Positions 1-10,120 of a stretch of 64,000 nucleotides of DNA are shown piece after piece (position 1 is the stretch's first letter; each line of letters begins with the position of its first letter). A model generated the notes under the pieces. The model was not told the DNA's origin. It searched no databases and saw only the letters and a list, made by a program, of their open reading frames with translations. Position numbers and translations under genes: made by a program. This DNA is from Gammaproteobacteria bacterium (GTDB lineage Bacteria; Pseudomonadota; Gammaproteobacteria; Steroidobacterales; Steroidobacteraceae), in NCBI GenBank assembly GCA_027365225.1, contig DAHXNV010000010.1, positions 11,487 through 75,486 on the forward strand, given 5' to 3'.

Positions 1-2367
1 GTCCGCGGGCGCGCCCATGGTCGCCTCGGTGCCCGACAGCGCCCCGCCGGACGTGCTGACATACAGATCCTTCAGCGTCGAGGGATTGTTCCAGAACTTC
101 GGATCGACCTGCATCACCACGTGATACTGGTTCATGTCCTCGTAGATGGTCGAGACGAGGCGCTGGCCGAACGCGTCATAGAGCGTGTTGTCGATCTGCG
201 AGAGGTTCAGCCCCAGGCTCGCGGCGCGCGGGCGGTCGATGTGCAGCCGCACCTCAAGGCCGCCCTCCTGACTGTCGGATTTCACCTCGCGCAGTTGCGG
301 GACCTTCTTCAGCGCCCGCTCGATGCGCGGCGCCCAGCTGTTCAGCACCTGCAGGCTGCTCGAGAGCAGCGTGTACTGGTATTGCCCGTAGCCCTGGCGA
401 CCGCCGGAATGAATGCTTTGCGCGGACTGCAGGTACAGCCGCGCGCCGGCGAAGCCCCTGAGCTGGCGCGTCAGCTCGGCAATCACCGCGGCGTCCGAGC
501 GCTTACGCTCGGCGAGCGGCTTCAGGGAGATGAACATGTGCGCGGTGTTGCTGCCCCCGAAGAATCCGCCGCCCGTGAACCCCACCACGTGCTCGACCGC
601 CGGGTTGCGTTTGATGATGTTGACCACGTAGCGCAGCTTCTTCTGCATCGCCTCGAACGAGCTGCTCTGATCGGCGACCATGAACCCGGTGAGGTTGCCG
701 GAGTTCTGCTGCGGGAAGAACGTCTTCGGCACGATGGCGAACAGGTAGAAGTTGAGCACCACCACGCCAAGCAGCGCCAGCATCACCAGGCGCGGGTGGC
801 GGATCGCGATCCGCAGGGTATGGTCGTAGAAATCGCGCATCTGGCCGAAGCCGCGCTCGACGGCGCGGAAGAATCGACCCTGACGCGGGTGGGCACGCAG
901 CACCCGCCCGCACAGCATCGGTGTGGCGGTGAGCGAAATCACCAGCGAGAGCGCCACGGTGATCGCGAGCGTCATGGCGAACTGGCGAAACACCCGCCCG
1001 ACGAGCCCGCCCATCAGCAGGATGGGCACGAACACCGCGATCAGCGCCGAGCTCATGGCGAGCACGGTGAAGCCGACCTCGCGCGCCCCCTCGAGCGCGG
1101 CCCGCAGCCGCGCCTCGCCGGCCTCGATGTGCCGGGTGATGTTCTCGATCACCACGATCGCATCGTCGACCACGAAACCGGTGGACACGGTGAGGGCCAT
1201 CATCGAGAAGTTGTTCAGGCTGAAGCCGAGCAGATAGATCACCGCCAGAGTGCCGATCAGCGCGAGCGGCACCACGACCGCCGGCACCAGCGCGGCGCGC
1301 GGATTACGCAACATCACCAGCACCACGGTGACCACCAGCAGCACGGCCAGCAGCAGCGTGATCTCCACATCGTGCAGCGAGGTGCGGATCGGGCCGGTCT
1401 GGTCGTGGGTCACCACCAGGTCGATGCCGCGCGGGATGCTGGCGCGAATCGTTGGCAACAGCGCCTTGATGCGATCGACCGTGGCGATCACGTTGGCATC
1501 GGGCTGCTTGCGGATGATCATGGCCACCGCGCGGTGGCCATCGAGCAGACCGAGCGTCTGCACGTTCTCGACGCCGCGGGTGATCTTCGCCACGCTCCCG
1601 AGGCGCACCGCCGCGCCGTTGCGGTAGGCGATGATGAGCTTGCGGTACTGGCGCACGCGGGTGGCCGCATCATTGACGTAGATCTGATAGCGCCGGCCAC
1701 CGAAGGACAGCGCGCCCTTGGGGCTGTTGGCGTTGGCCGCCGCGATCGCCGCGCGCACATCCTCGAGCCCGATGCCGTAGTTGAACAGCTGGCGCGGATC
1801 GAGATCGATGCGGATCGCCGGCAGTGAGCTGCCGCCGATGTCGATCTCGCCCACCCCGGGCACCTGCAGCAGCTTCTGATAGATGATGGTCGAGGCCACA
1901 TTGTAGACCTGGCCGATCGGCAGGGTTTTGGAGGTCAACGCCAGGATCAGGATCGGGGCCTCGGAGGGGTTGTAGGCGAAGTACTGCGGATTGCTGCGCA
2001 GCGAGGCCGGCATGTCCTGCCGGGCCGCCTGGATGGCCGCCTCCACATCGCTCTCGGCGCCGTGAATGTTGCGCCTGAGACTGAAGATCAGCACGATCTG
2101 GGCGCGCCCCTCGGTGCTCTGCGAGGTCATCTGGTCCACCCCGGCGATGGCGCTCAGTCGTCGCTCGAGCGGCGTGGTGACGCTGGTGGCGACCGTCTGC
2201 GGACTCGCCCCCGGCAGCTGCGCCATCACCACGATGGCGGGGAAATCCACCTGCGGCATCGCCGAGACCGGCAGCAGGAAATAGGCGATCAGTCCCGCGA
2301 GCGCCAGGCCGAAGGACAGCAGCGTCGTCGCCACCGGCCGAGTGATGAACAGCCGCGAGAAGTTCAT
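1..2367 (-). CDS. mdtC: RND multidrug efflux permease, MdtC-like (partial, 3' end beyond window)
   Basis: Absent from the ORF track because it is open at the window edge. The reverse-strand ATG at 2367-2365 gives MNFSRLFITRPVATTLLS, a canonical RND N-terminus. It has an ATGA overlap with the stop of the upstream RND gene, and the frame stays open to base 1 (789 codons). Confidence 0.85.
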   Translation of the reverse strand, partial: MNFSRLFITRPVATTLLSFGLALAGLIAYFLLPVSAMPQVDFPAIVVMAQLPGASPQTVATSVTTPLERRLSAIAGVDQMTSQSTEGRAQIVLIFSLRRNIHGAESDVEAAIQAARQDMPASLRSNPQYFAYNPSEAPILILALTSKTLPIGQVYNVASTIIYQKLLQVPGVGEIDIGGSSLPAIRIDLDPRQLFNYGIGLEDVRAAIAAANANSPKGALSFGGRRYQIYVNDAATRVRQYRKLIIAYRNGAAVRLGSVAKITRGVENVQTLGLLDGHRAVAMIIRKQPDANVIATVDRIKALLPTIRASIPRGIDLVVTHDQTGPIRTSLHDVEITLLLAVLLVVTVVLVMLRNPRAALVPAVVVPLALIGTLAVIYLLGFSLNNFSMMALTVSTGFVVDDAIVVIENITRHIEAGEARLRAALEGAREVGFTVLAMSSALIAVFVPILLMGGLVGRVFRQFAMTLAITVALSLVISLTATPMLCGRVLRAHPRQGRFFRAVERGFGQMRDFYDHTLRIAIRHPRLVMLALLGVVVLNFYLFAIVPKTFFPQQNSGNLTGFMVADQSSSFEAMQKKLRYVVNIIKRNPAVEHVVGFTGGGFFGGSNTAHMFISLKPLAERKRSDAAVIAELTRQLRGFAGARLYLQSAQSIHSGGRQGYGQYQYTLLSSSLQVLNSWAPRIERALKKVPQLREVKSDSQEGGLEVRLHIDRPRAASLGLNLSQIDNTLYDAFGQRLVSTIYEDMNQYHVVMQVDPKFWNNPSTLKDLYVSTSGGALSGTEATMGAPAD

Positions 2368-5300
2368 GGCGAATCGAGCGACAGGGGACCGGAGCGGCGC
2401 TGCGGCACCCCGGCCCAGGCCTTGGCCCGCCGCGCCAGCCGGTCGAAGAAGAGGTAGACCACCGGAGTCGTGAACAGCGTCAGCAGCTGACTGAGCAGCA
2501 ACCCCCCGACGATGGCCAGGCCGAGCGGCCGGCGCAGCTCCGAGCCCGTACCGGTGCCGAGCATCAGCGGCAGCGCCGCGAACACCGCCGCCACGGTGGT
2601 CATGAGAATCGGCCGGAAGCGCAGCAGCGCCGCCTCCTTGATCGCCTCGCGCGGACTCTTGCCCGACTCGCGCTCGGCATTCAGCGCGAAGTCGATCATC
2701 ATGATCGCGTTCTTCTTCACGATGCCGATCAGCAGCACGATGCCGATGATGGAGATGATGTCCAGGCTCTCCCCGGCCATCATCAGCGCAAGCAGCGCGC
2801 CGATCCCCGCCGAGGGCAGCGTCGAGAGGATCGTGAGCGGATGGATGTAGCTCTCATAGAGCACGCCGAGCACGATGTAGACGGTGGCGATCGCCGCGAG
2901 CAGCAGCAGCACCTCGCTGGTGAGGGAGGACTCGAAGGCGAGCGCCTCGCCCTCGAAGGTGGTGCTGATGCTCACCGGCAGGCCGATCTTGCCCTCGGTG
3001 GCGCGGATGGCGTTCACCGCCGCCCCGAGCGAGGCGCCCGGCGCGGTGTCGAAGGAGAACATCGCCGCGGGGAACTGGCCGAGATGCTCGAGCGTCAGGG
3101 GCGCATCCTTGACGTGGATGCGGGCGATCGAGCCGAGCGGCACCTGGCCACCGGCGGCCGAGGGAATGTAGAACGTATTGAGCGAACGCACGGTGTCGGA
3201 AAGACCCGGGTCGGCCGTGAGGATCACCCGATAATCGTTCGACTGGGTGTAGATCGTCGAGATGATGCGCTGCCCGAAGGCATCATAGAGCGCATTGTCG
3301 ATGGTGGCGTTGGTGATGCCGAAGCGCGCCGCGGTGCTGTGATCGACGTCGATCTGGATGATGCGTCCCTGCTCGGTGAAGCTCGTCGAGACGTGCGCGA
3401 GCGCCGGCTGGCGCCGCAGCGCCGCGAGCAGCTTCGGCACCCAGGGCGAGAGGATCGCGCGGGTCCCGGCCCCGAGGATGAACTGATAGCGCGCGCGGCT
3501 CGCGATCGAGCTGATGGTCAGGTTCTGCACCGGCTCGAGCGCCAGATGAATGCCCGGCACCGCGCGCGCCGCGGCGCGCAGCTGCGCCATGATCGTGGCG
3601 ATGCCGACCGAGCGATCATCCTTCGGGGTGAGGTTGATCAGCATCTTGCCCTGGTTGATCGCCATGTTGTTGCTGCCGACCCCGATGTACGAGGTCAGGC
3701 TGACGACGTTGGGATTGCGCCGCAGCACGGCGGCGAGCGCCCGCTGGCGCGCGGCCATGGCCTTGAAGGAGATCGACGGCGGAGCGACCGTCGTCGCCTG
3801 CAGCAACCCCGTGTCCTGCAGCGGAAAGAAGCCCTTGGGAATGACGATGTAGAGCGCCACCGTCAGCACCAGCGTGCCGGCGGCGATCCACAGCACCAGG
3901 CGCTGGTGCGCCAGGGCCCGCTCGAGCCCGCGCCCGTACGCGGCAATCAGCCGATTGAACGCCGCCTCGGCCTTGTGGGCCCACTGGCCCTGTTTGCGCA
4001 GCGTCTCGGCATGCGGCCGCAGGATCTTCGCGCACAGCATCGGCACCAGCGTCAGGGAGACCACCGCGGAGATCAGGATGGAGATCGCCAGCGTGATCGC
4101 GAATTCCCGGAACAGCCGGCCCACGACCTGCCGCATGAACAGCAGCGGGATCAGCACCGCGATCAGCGAGATGGTCAGCGACACGATCGTGAAGGCGATC
4201 TCCCCGGAGCCCTCGAGCGCGGCCTCGAGCGGCCGCTTGCCGCGCTCGATGTGCCGCGAGATGTTCTCGATCATGACGATGGCGTCATCCACCACGAACC
4301 CCGAAGCGACGGTGAGCGCCATCAGCGACAGGTTATCCAGACTGAAGCCGGCCAGGTACATCACCGCGAACGTGCCGATCAGCGACACCGGCACCGAGAG
4401 GCTCGGGATGATGGTGGCGGGAATGCTGCGCAGGAACAGGAACATCACCATGACCACCAGCGCCACGGCAAGGGTGAGCTCGAACTGCACGTCGTCCACC
4501 GAGGCGCGGATCGTCTGGGTACGGTCGGTGACCACCCGGAGATTGACGTCGGAGGGAAGCGTGGCGCGAAGCCTGGGCAGCAGCGCGCGGATGCGCTCGA
4601 CCACCTGGATGACGTTCGCGTCCGGCTGGCGGCGGATGTTGATCAGCACCGCCGGGGTGTTGTTCACCCAGCTGGCGAGCTGATTGTTCTCGGCGCCCAT
4701 CACCACCTTGGCGACGTTTTTCAACAGCACCGGCGAGCCGTTGCGGTAGGCGACCACGAGGTTCGCGTACTGCCGGGCGCTGGTCAGCTGATCGTTGGCG
4801 TCGATGGTGTAGGCATGCGCCGGGCCGTTGAAGCTGCCCTTGGGCGCATCGGAGTTGGAATTGGCGATCGTGGTGCGCAGGTTATCGAGGCTCAAGCCGT
4901 AGGCGGCGAGCTGATCGAGGTTCGCCTCGATGCGCACCGCCGGCTTCGGCGCGCCGCTGAGGCTCACCAGCCCGACGCCCGAGACCTGGGAGATCCGCTC
5001 GGCAACGCTCGTGTCGGCCAGGTTCTCCACCTGGGTGATGGGCATGGCGCTCGAGGTGAGCGCCAGGGTGAGGATGGGGGCATCCGCCGGGTTGACCTTG
5101 GCGTAGACCGGGGGGGCCGGCAGGCTCTGCGGCAGCAGCATCTGCGCGGCGTTGATGGCCGCCTGCACCTCCGCCTCGGCCACATCGAGGCCCAGGTTCA
5201 GATCGAACTGCAGCGTGATCTGCGAGGCGCCCGCGGAGGTCTTCGACGACATCTGATCGAGGCCCGACATCTCCCCGAACTCGCGCTCGAGCGGCGCGGT

Positions 5301-5489
5301 GACCGTGGCGCTCATCACCTCCGGGCTCGCCCCGGGCAGATAGGTCGACACCACGATGGTCGGATAGTCGACCTCCGGGAGCGTCGAGACCGGCAGCAGC
5401 AGATAGCCGATCGCCCCGAGGATGACGATCGCGACCATCAGCAACGAGGTGGCGACCGGCCTCAGAATAAAAGGCCGGGACGGGTTCAT
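2364..5489 (-). CDS. mdtB: RND multidrug efflux permease, MdtB-like
   Basis: 1041-aa ORF. It starts MNPSRPFILRPVATSLLMVAIVILG...LPEVDYPTI and contains GFVVDDAIVMIENISRHIE. It is collinear with E. coli MdtB as I remember it. Confidence 0.9.
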   Translation of the reverse strand: MNPSRPFILRPVATSLLMVAIVILGAIGYLLLPVSTLPEVDYPTIVVSTYLPGASPEVMSATVTAPLEREFGEMSGLDQMSSKTSAGASQITLQFDLNLGLDVAEAEVQAAINAAQMLLPQSLPAPPVYAKVNPADAPILTLALTSSAMPITQVENLADTSVAERISQVSGVGLVSLSGAPKPAVRIEANLDQLAAYGLSLDNLRTTIANSNSDAPKGSFNGPAHAYTIDANDQLTSARQYANLVVAYRNGSPVLLKNVAKVVMGAENNQLASWVNNTPAVLINIRRQPDANVIQVVERIRALLPRLRATLPSDVNLRVVTDRTQTIRASVDDVQFELTLAVALVVMVMFLFLRSIPATIIPSLSVPVSLIGTFAVMYLAGFSLDNLSLMALTVASGFVVDDAIVMIENISRHIERGKRPLEAALEGSGEIAFTIVSLTISLIAVLIPLLFMRQVVGRLFREFAITLAISILISAVVSLTLVPMLCAKILRPHAETLRKQGQWAHKAEAAFNRLIAAYGRGLERALAHQRLVLWIAAGTLVLTVALYIVIPKGFFPLQDTGLLQATTVAPPSISFKAMAARQRALAAVLRRNPNVVSLTSYIGVGSNNMAINQGKMLINLTPKDDRSVGIATIMAQLRAAARAVPGIHLALEPVQNLTISSIASRARYQFILGAGTRAILSPWVPKLLAALRRQPALAHVSTSFTEQGRIIQIDVDHSTAARFGITNATIDNALYDAFGQRIISTIYTQSNDYRVILTADPGLSDTVRSLNTFYIPSAAGGQVPLGSIARIHVKDAPLTLEHLGQFPAAMFSFDTAPGASLGAAVNAIRATEGKIGLPVSISTTFEGEALAFESSLTSEVLLLLAAIATVYIVLGVLYESYIHPLTILSTLPSAGIGALLALMMAGESLDIISIIGIVLLIGIVKKNAIMMIDFALNAERESGKSPREAIKEAALLRFRPILMTTVAAVFAALPLMLGTGTGSELRRPLGLAIVGGLLLSQLLTLFTTPVVYLFFDRLARRAKAWAGVPQRRSGPLSLDSP

Positions 5490-6760
5490 GTGGGCGCGTC
5501 GCGCTGCGCGGGGGCCTTCAGGGCGGAGGTGCGCGCGCGAGTGGCCTTGAGCGCGGCGGCCGCGGGGGCCTTGGCGCCCGGAATGCGCACCCGCGCCCCG
5601 GGGCGCAGCTCATCCGCCCCGTCGGTCACCACGACCTCACCCGGCGCCAGGCCCTTCATGACCGCCATGAGGATGCCGCTGGTCGGCCCGGTCACGATGC
5701 TGCGCATCTGCACCGTGTCGTTCGGCTCGACGACATACACGAAGGTGCCCGACGGACCGTTCTGCACCGCCGCGCCCGGCACGACCAGCTGATTGGCGAG
5801 CGTGCGCACCACCAGCTTGACGTTGACGAACTCGTTGGGAAAGAGCTCGAAACCCTTGTTGTTGAACAGCGCCCGCATCTGCAGCGTGCCGGTGGTGGTG
5901 TTGATCTGATTGTCGATGGCCGTGAGCGTGCCGGTGGCGATCAGGTGGCGCATGTCGCGGCTGTAGGCCTCGACGCTGAGCGCATGCCCGGCGTGCATCT
6001 GCCGGAAGATCTCCCCCAGATCGGTCTCGGGGACCGAGAACAGCACCGACATCGGCTGCATCTGGGTGAGCACGACGATGGGCGTCGCCTGGTTGGCCTG
6101 CACGAGATTGCCGATGTCGACCTGCCGCAGGCCCACCAGGCCGCTCACCGGAGCGTGGATGCGGCAGTAGCTGAGGTTCAGCCGCGCGGTGGCCACCATC
6201 GCCCGGTCGGTTTCGACGGTCGCGGCAGCCTGTTGTTCCGCGCCGCGCTGATCGGCGTAGGTCTGTTCCGCGATCGAATCCTGCGCGACCAGGCGCTTGT
6301 AGCGCTCGAGATCGATGCGCGCGGTGGCGAGCGCCGCCTTGGCGGTGGCCAGCTGGCCGAGGGCCTGATCGAGCGCGGCCTGGTAGGGGCGCGGGTCGAT
6401 CTCGGCGAGCAGCGCCCCGGCGTGCACCATCTGGCCCTCTTTGAAGGGGAGCTTCACCAGCGGCCCGCTCACCTGCGGCGTCACGTTCACCGTGGTGAGC
6501 GGCGTGACGGTGCCCAGAGCATCGACGATCACCGGCACATTGGCGCGGGTCACCGTGCCCACGGTCACCGGCATCGGTCCGAGGTGGCGGAAGCGATCGG
6601 CCTGCGCAGCCTCGTGATGACGCAGGATCGCAAAGGCGATCAGGCCGAGAAACGCCAGCAGTCCGACCGCCGCAATGCGCCGGTGGCGCCGGACGGTGGC
6701 TGGATCGGCCTGAGCCGCCGCGGGTGGCAGATCAGGCTGCCCGCCGTCTTGGGATTTCAT
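5486..6760 (-). CDS. mdtA: RND efflux membrane fusion (periplasmic adaptor) protein, MdtA-like
   Basis: 424-aa ORF with an N-terminal membrane anchor and an HlyD-type hairpin region (IDPRPYQAALDQALGQLATAKAAL). It overlaps the mdtB start by 4 nt and is the first gene of the operon. Confidence 0.85.
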   Translation of the reverse strand: MKSQDGGQPDLPPAAAQADPATVRRHRRIAAVGLLAFLGLIAFAILRHHEAAQADRFRHLGPMPVTVGTVTRANVPVIVDALGTVTPLTTVNVTPQVSGPLVKLPFKEGQMVHAGALLAEIDPRPYQAALDQALGQLATAKAALATARIDLERYKRLVAQDSIAEQTYADQRGAEQQAAATVETDRAMVATARLNLSYCRIHAPVSGLVGLRQVDIGNLVQANQATPIVVLTQMQPMSVLFSVPETDLGEIFRQMHAGHALSVEAYSRDMRHLIATGTLTAIDNQINTTTGTLQMRALFNNKGFELFPNEFVNVKLVVRTLANQLVVPGAAVQNGPSGTFVYVVEPNDTVQMRSIVTGPTSGILMAVMKGLAPGEVVVTDGADELRPGARVRIPGAKAPAAAALKATRARTSALKAPAQRDAPT

Positions 6761-7194
6761 GGGTGCTCAGACTATCATCGTCGCCGCGCCGTTCAGCGGC
6801 CGTTCGGGGCGAGAATTCTCAAGATTTGTCAGGGACTTGTCACGCCCCGATCGGAGCGTGCTCCTTCGGCTCGGCGCACTTCAGGGGCGTTCTGTCCCAC
6901 CCTTCCCTGCTGCGGCCCGCAAGCCCGTGGGTACTGTGCCAACTCAAGCGTTATCGCCGCCATTCTGGCCTCGCGGACTAAACTGATATATGGACTCCCC
7001 CTGCATTGCAAGAGCGTCTTTGCTTCTGGGTTCAGGATCGGACTGCGGACGATATATCCGGCCTCTGGTTGCCTCCGTCGAGGCTGGGCCCTGATGACAA
7101 TTCGCTCGCAGGAGCCTCATGAAGTTCGCGGTGTCTGAGCCACCGTTCAAATTATCAGGCTCTTCCTGCGTCGGTCTGACCTGTTTCCATCAAC

Positions 7195-7455
7195 TTGTAC
7201 GCTCTCGCAATTCCTGGTGGGGCGCACCTCTCGTACGTGGCGCTCTCTCGGCACCAGGCGGACACGGCGCTGTACGCGGGGAAGGCCAATTTCGAGGACG
7301 CGAAGGAGCTGGTGGGGCGGTTCGGGCGGGAGAGCGAGACGGATTACTTCGCGGACTTCGACGAGGCGGGTGGGGTGCTCGCCCCCGGGCGGGGCAGGGC
7401 TTTGGAGCTGGAAGTCGAGCGGGCGCGTCAGCGAGGGCCCGATCTCGATTTTTGA
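7195..7455 (+). pseudogene. C-terminal fragment of a TraA/MobA-type conjugative relaxase
   Basis: The 86-aa ORF reads LSYVALSRHQADTALYAGKANFEDAKELVGRFGRESETDYF. This resembles the YVAMSRHR...LY...F...L...SRE...DY tail of Ti-type TraA relaxases. No relaxase or helicase body lies upstream. Confidence 0.5.
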
Positions 7456-7468
7456 TCCTGGCGGAACC

Positions 7469-7780
7469 TCAGGCCAGCGCCTCAATCCCTTTGCGCCAGA
7501 GGATGTCGAGCAATTTCAACGACGGGCCACTCGGGCGCTTCTCGCCGATTTCCCACTTCTGAACCGTTGAGGTGCTCGTATTGAGCAGCGCCGCAAACAC
7601 GGCCTGGCTCATATGCGTGCGAGTGCGAATGCTGCGAATCTGCTTGGGCGAGAGCTCTCGAACCGTGGGCAGACACAGCGCATCGAACTCGCGCATGGTC
7701 TGCTTGTCGATCGCGCCCGAGCGGTGCAGCGCAGCGGCGGTTTCGTGCACCTCAGTGAGTATGCGGCTTTGCCGTTTCAT
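7469..7780 (-). CDS. HTH (XRE/NadS, COG2944-like) antitoxin
   Basis: 103 aa with the HTH segment MSQAVFAALLNTSTSTVQKWEIGEKRPSGPSLKLL. It lies immediately downstream of the RelE-like gene and overlaps it. Confidence 0.8.
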   Translation of the reverse strand: MKRQSRILTEVHETAAALHRSGAIDKQTMREFDALCLPTVRELSPKQIRSIRTRTHMSQAVFAALLNTSTSTVQKWEIGEKRPSGPSLKLLDILWRKGIEALA

Positions 7781-8147
7781 GACAGATCTCCATCAGATTT
7801 CCCGAGTCTTGCCAGAGCGCCAGCTGTTTGACATCCAAGTTCAACAGCGCGCCGGCGAGCTTTTGCAGCGCCGCGAGCTCGCGATCGTCGACATTCGCCC
7901 GCTCGTTCTTCTCGAATCCGTACAAGAAGAACCACCGATCACCGAGATTCGTGCCGACGATGACACGCGCCCCGCCCCGCTTGCCGTGTCCTGGCAAGGC
8001 CACACGTTTCTTGTAAACCTTGCCTCCGAGGTCGGCATCAATCAGGCCGGCGGTCATCTCGGGGACGGCTTCGCACAGCGAGCCATCCGGCAGAGCCGCC
8101 TTGCGGCTCCAGCGGGCGAACGTTCGAGTCTTGAAGACACGGCGCAT
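7752..8147 (-). CDS. RelE/ParE-superfamily toxin (COG4737-like)
   Basis: 131 aa containing FKTRTFARW...DADLGGKVYKKRVALPGHGKRGGARVIV...WFFLYGFEKNERANV, typical of this toxin family. The order is toxin first, with a 29-nt overlap onto the antitoxin. Confidence 0.75.
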   Translation of the reverse strand: MRRVFKTRTFARWSRKAALPDGSLCEAVPEMTAGLIDADLGGKVYKKRVALPGHGKRGGARVIVGTNLGDRWFFLYGFEKNERANVDDRELAALQKLAGALLNLDVKQLALWQDSGNLMEICHETAKPHTH

Positions 8148-8263
8148 GATGCACTATATCACCAAGTGATACAGAACACCATTATGCCGACTCCATGGCC
8201 TGTACCCTGGGGTAGTACCAGGGTAGCGGGTACCCCCTCGATCGCGGCTCTACGGCCTTCCTA

Positions 8264-8599
8264 CTAGTGGATCGGCTTGCGGCGAATTAAAGCGAAGGCT
8301 AGCAAGAGCGCAGCGCCGCCGATGAACAATGCCCCACTGCCAGGCTCCGGAACACTGCGCATCGACGCAGCCGCATCCGCGACATCGAGCGTATTGCCGG
8401 AAAAGCCGTCGCTCCAAAACGTGAACCAGAGATAGCCGTTGCCGCCAAGGTAATTGCTTTGCCAAGTATCCGCAGCAGGAAAGCTGCTGTTATCGATACT
8501 GCTTAACTGCCCGACCATGGTGGAAGTGGTCAAATCCGTAACACTGAGATTCACATTCACGGGGTCCGTACCCGATGCGCCGCGAGTCCATGTCATTTG
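8264..8599 (-). pseudogene. PEP-CTERM sorting-domain protein, C-terminal half (gene split by IS)
   Basis: It ends VPEPGSGALFIGGAALLLAFALIRRK, which is PEP + TM + basic tail, the PEP-CTERM signal. The reading frame continues from the 11026-11589 fragment across the duplicated codons QMTW. Confidence 0.85.
8588..8599. repeat. Target-site duplication, left copy (CCATGTCATTTG)
   Basis: The identical 12-mer occurs at 11026-11037, directly abutting the IS inverted repeats. Confidence 0.85.
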
Positions 8600-8600
8600 G

Positions 8601-8620
8601 GTGCGGCTCTTTTGGGCGGC
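8601..8620. repeat. IS terminal inverted repeat (transposase-proximal end)
   Basis: GTGCGGCTCTTTTGGGCGGC here, against GTGCGGCTCTTTTCAGCGGC for the reverse complement of 11006-11025. Confidence 0.85.
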
Positions 8621-8625
8621 ATAAA

Positions 8626-10113
8626 TCACGCTGCAAGTCGCTCGTCCGGGTAGTTACGGAGGCGCTCGTGGCGTCGATGGAAGGTGAAGTAGTCGTACAG
8701 ATGCCCATTCATGCGCAGCGCCCGCAGGCGTAGAATCGCTTCAGCCCCTTGCAGGCTCCAACGGGCACCGGTGACCTCCATCCGCTGCTTGACCAGATGG
8801 CGGCAAGCACCCTCTATGACACCCGTGGCGATCGGCCAACCATTGCGCAGCGCCTGCGCGTAGTTCAGCCGCTGGCGATTCTTCAACAGATACTCAGCGC
8901 ACTTATCCAGCGGCGCACGCTCGGTTTGAGATAATCCGCGACGGGTGGCACTGCGACGCATGCCCGCAGCCACTGCGCTCGATTTGCCTCGCAGGATGTC
9001 GGTCGCGTGTTCCCTGACCCATTGCTCTGCTTTCGGGTCGCCTTCCTCGTGCAAGCACCAGGCCGCGTCCCAAAGGTACTGCAACACATGGATGAAGTCT
9101 TGCATCACGATCGCTTTGCGTCCGTGGCGCTTGATGGCTGCATACACCTGCCGCAGTTGCTCCGGGAGACCATCGACTAACACGAGCCAGGTTCTCTCAC
9201 CGGAGCTGTCCCGGCGCCTGGCTTCGGCAAAGGCCTCGTCCAGTACCTCGCTCATCGGCTGTTGCACCGAGGCCCAGAGACGCTTGTCGATCGGCTTCGG
9301 CGCGGGCGGACGTGCCGCTTGCGGGTCCATGATCTGCTCGGCCTTTCGGTAATGCGGCTCAATCTCATAGACCGCCGCGACCGTCGCCATACGCTTGCGG
9401 TTGCGCTTCTCGCCCCGCGAGAGCCGGCTTTGCAGTTTGTGACTGGATGCTGCTGCTCGGCGCTGCGTCTCCTCGCGCAGGTCCTCCTGCCGCATGACGA
9501 TGCCTTTGCCGTCCAGGCTGATCACCCCCAACGGCTCCGCTACCTGCGGCGGCGCCGGGGCGGGAGGGGCTCGCTGGGCGTAAAAGGCGTCAAAATCAGC
9601 CGACACGGCGTGCGCGATCTGCTCCGCCTGGCGCTTCGGCACATGCCCGCCGGTATGATGCGTAATGTGCGCAACCGCCGCTTCGAACGAGGCATCGGCC
9701 ACCACTTCCCCGAGCCGCTCCTGCAGGCCATGCGAGTACTGCTGCGAAGGCAGATTCAGCTGCGCGTCCAGAGGAAAAACGCTGTCGGTTCGGCGATCAC
9801 TGTACCCCAGCCGATGCACCCGCACCTCACCGAAGAGCGTCATCAGGCTGCGGCACCGTTCACGCGCCTGCCGGCGTACCGTACCCGATGCTGCGATTAC
9901 GCGGTCTTGCTTTTCCTCCTGCTTCGCAAGCCGATCCAGATGAGCCTGCATCAGCGCTCTCATCAGCGCATGCGAACGCACCATCAGGTGCTGCTCGATC
10001 TGCCCGTGCTCGCGCGGGCTCCTCTCAAACTCCTGCAACTGACCAATGATTTCCTTCAGCTCCTGCCACGCCGGCTGATACTCCGGCGCAGCTTCCAACT
10101 CGTGCCATTGCAT
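8626..10113 (-). CDS. ISKra4-family-like DDE transposase
   Basis: 495 aa containing VFPLDAQLNLPSQQYSHGLQ, ISLDGKGIVMRQEDLRE and LSRGEKRNRKRMATVAAVYEIEP. These are signatures I associate with ISKra4-family transposases. Confidence 0.75.
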   Translation of the reverse strand: MQWHELEAAPEYQPAWQELKEIIGQLQEFERSPREHGQIEQHLMVRSHALMRALMQAHLDRLAKQEEKQDRVIAASGTVRRQARERCRSLMTLFGEVRVHRLGYSDRRTDSVFPLDAQLNLPSQQYSHGLQERLGEVVADASFEAAVAHITHHTGGHVPKRQAEQIAHAVSADFDAFYAQRAPPAPAPPQVAEPLGVISLDGKGIVMRQEDLREETQRRAAASSHKLQSRLSRGEKRNRKRMATVAAVYEIEPHYRKAEQIMDPQAARPPAPKPIDKRLWASVQQPMSEVLDEAFAEARRRDSSGERTWLVLVDGLPEQLRQVYAAIKRHGRKAIVMQDFIHVLQYLWDAAWCLHEEGDPKAEQWVREHATDILRGKSSAVAAGMRRSATRRGLSQTERAPLDKCAEYLLKNRQRLNYAQALRNGWPIATGVIEGACRHLVKQRMEVTGARWSLQGAEAILRLRALRMNGHLYDYFTFHRRHERLRNYPDERLAA

Positions 10114-10120
10114 GGCGCGA

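Noticed and set aside
2841-5792. 983-aa plus-strand ORF
   Set aside because: It is antisense to mdtB/mdtA. The composition is Arg/His/Gly/Asp-rich with no recognisable motifs. This is a typical high-GC shadow ORF. The same applies to 121-1827.
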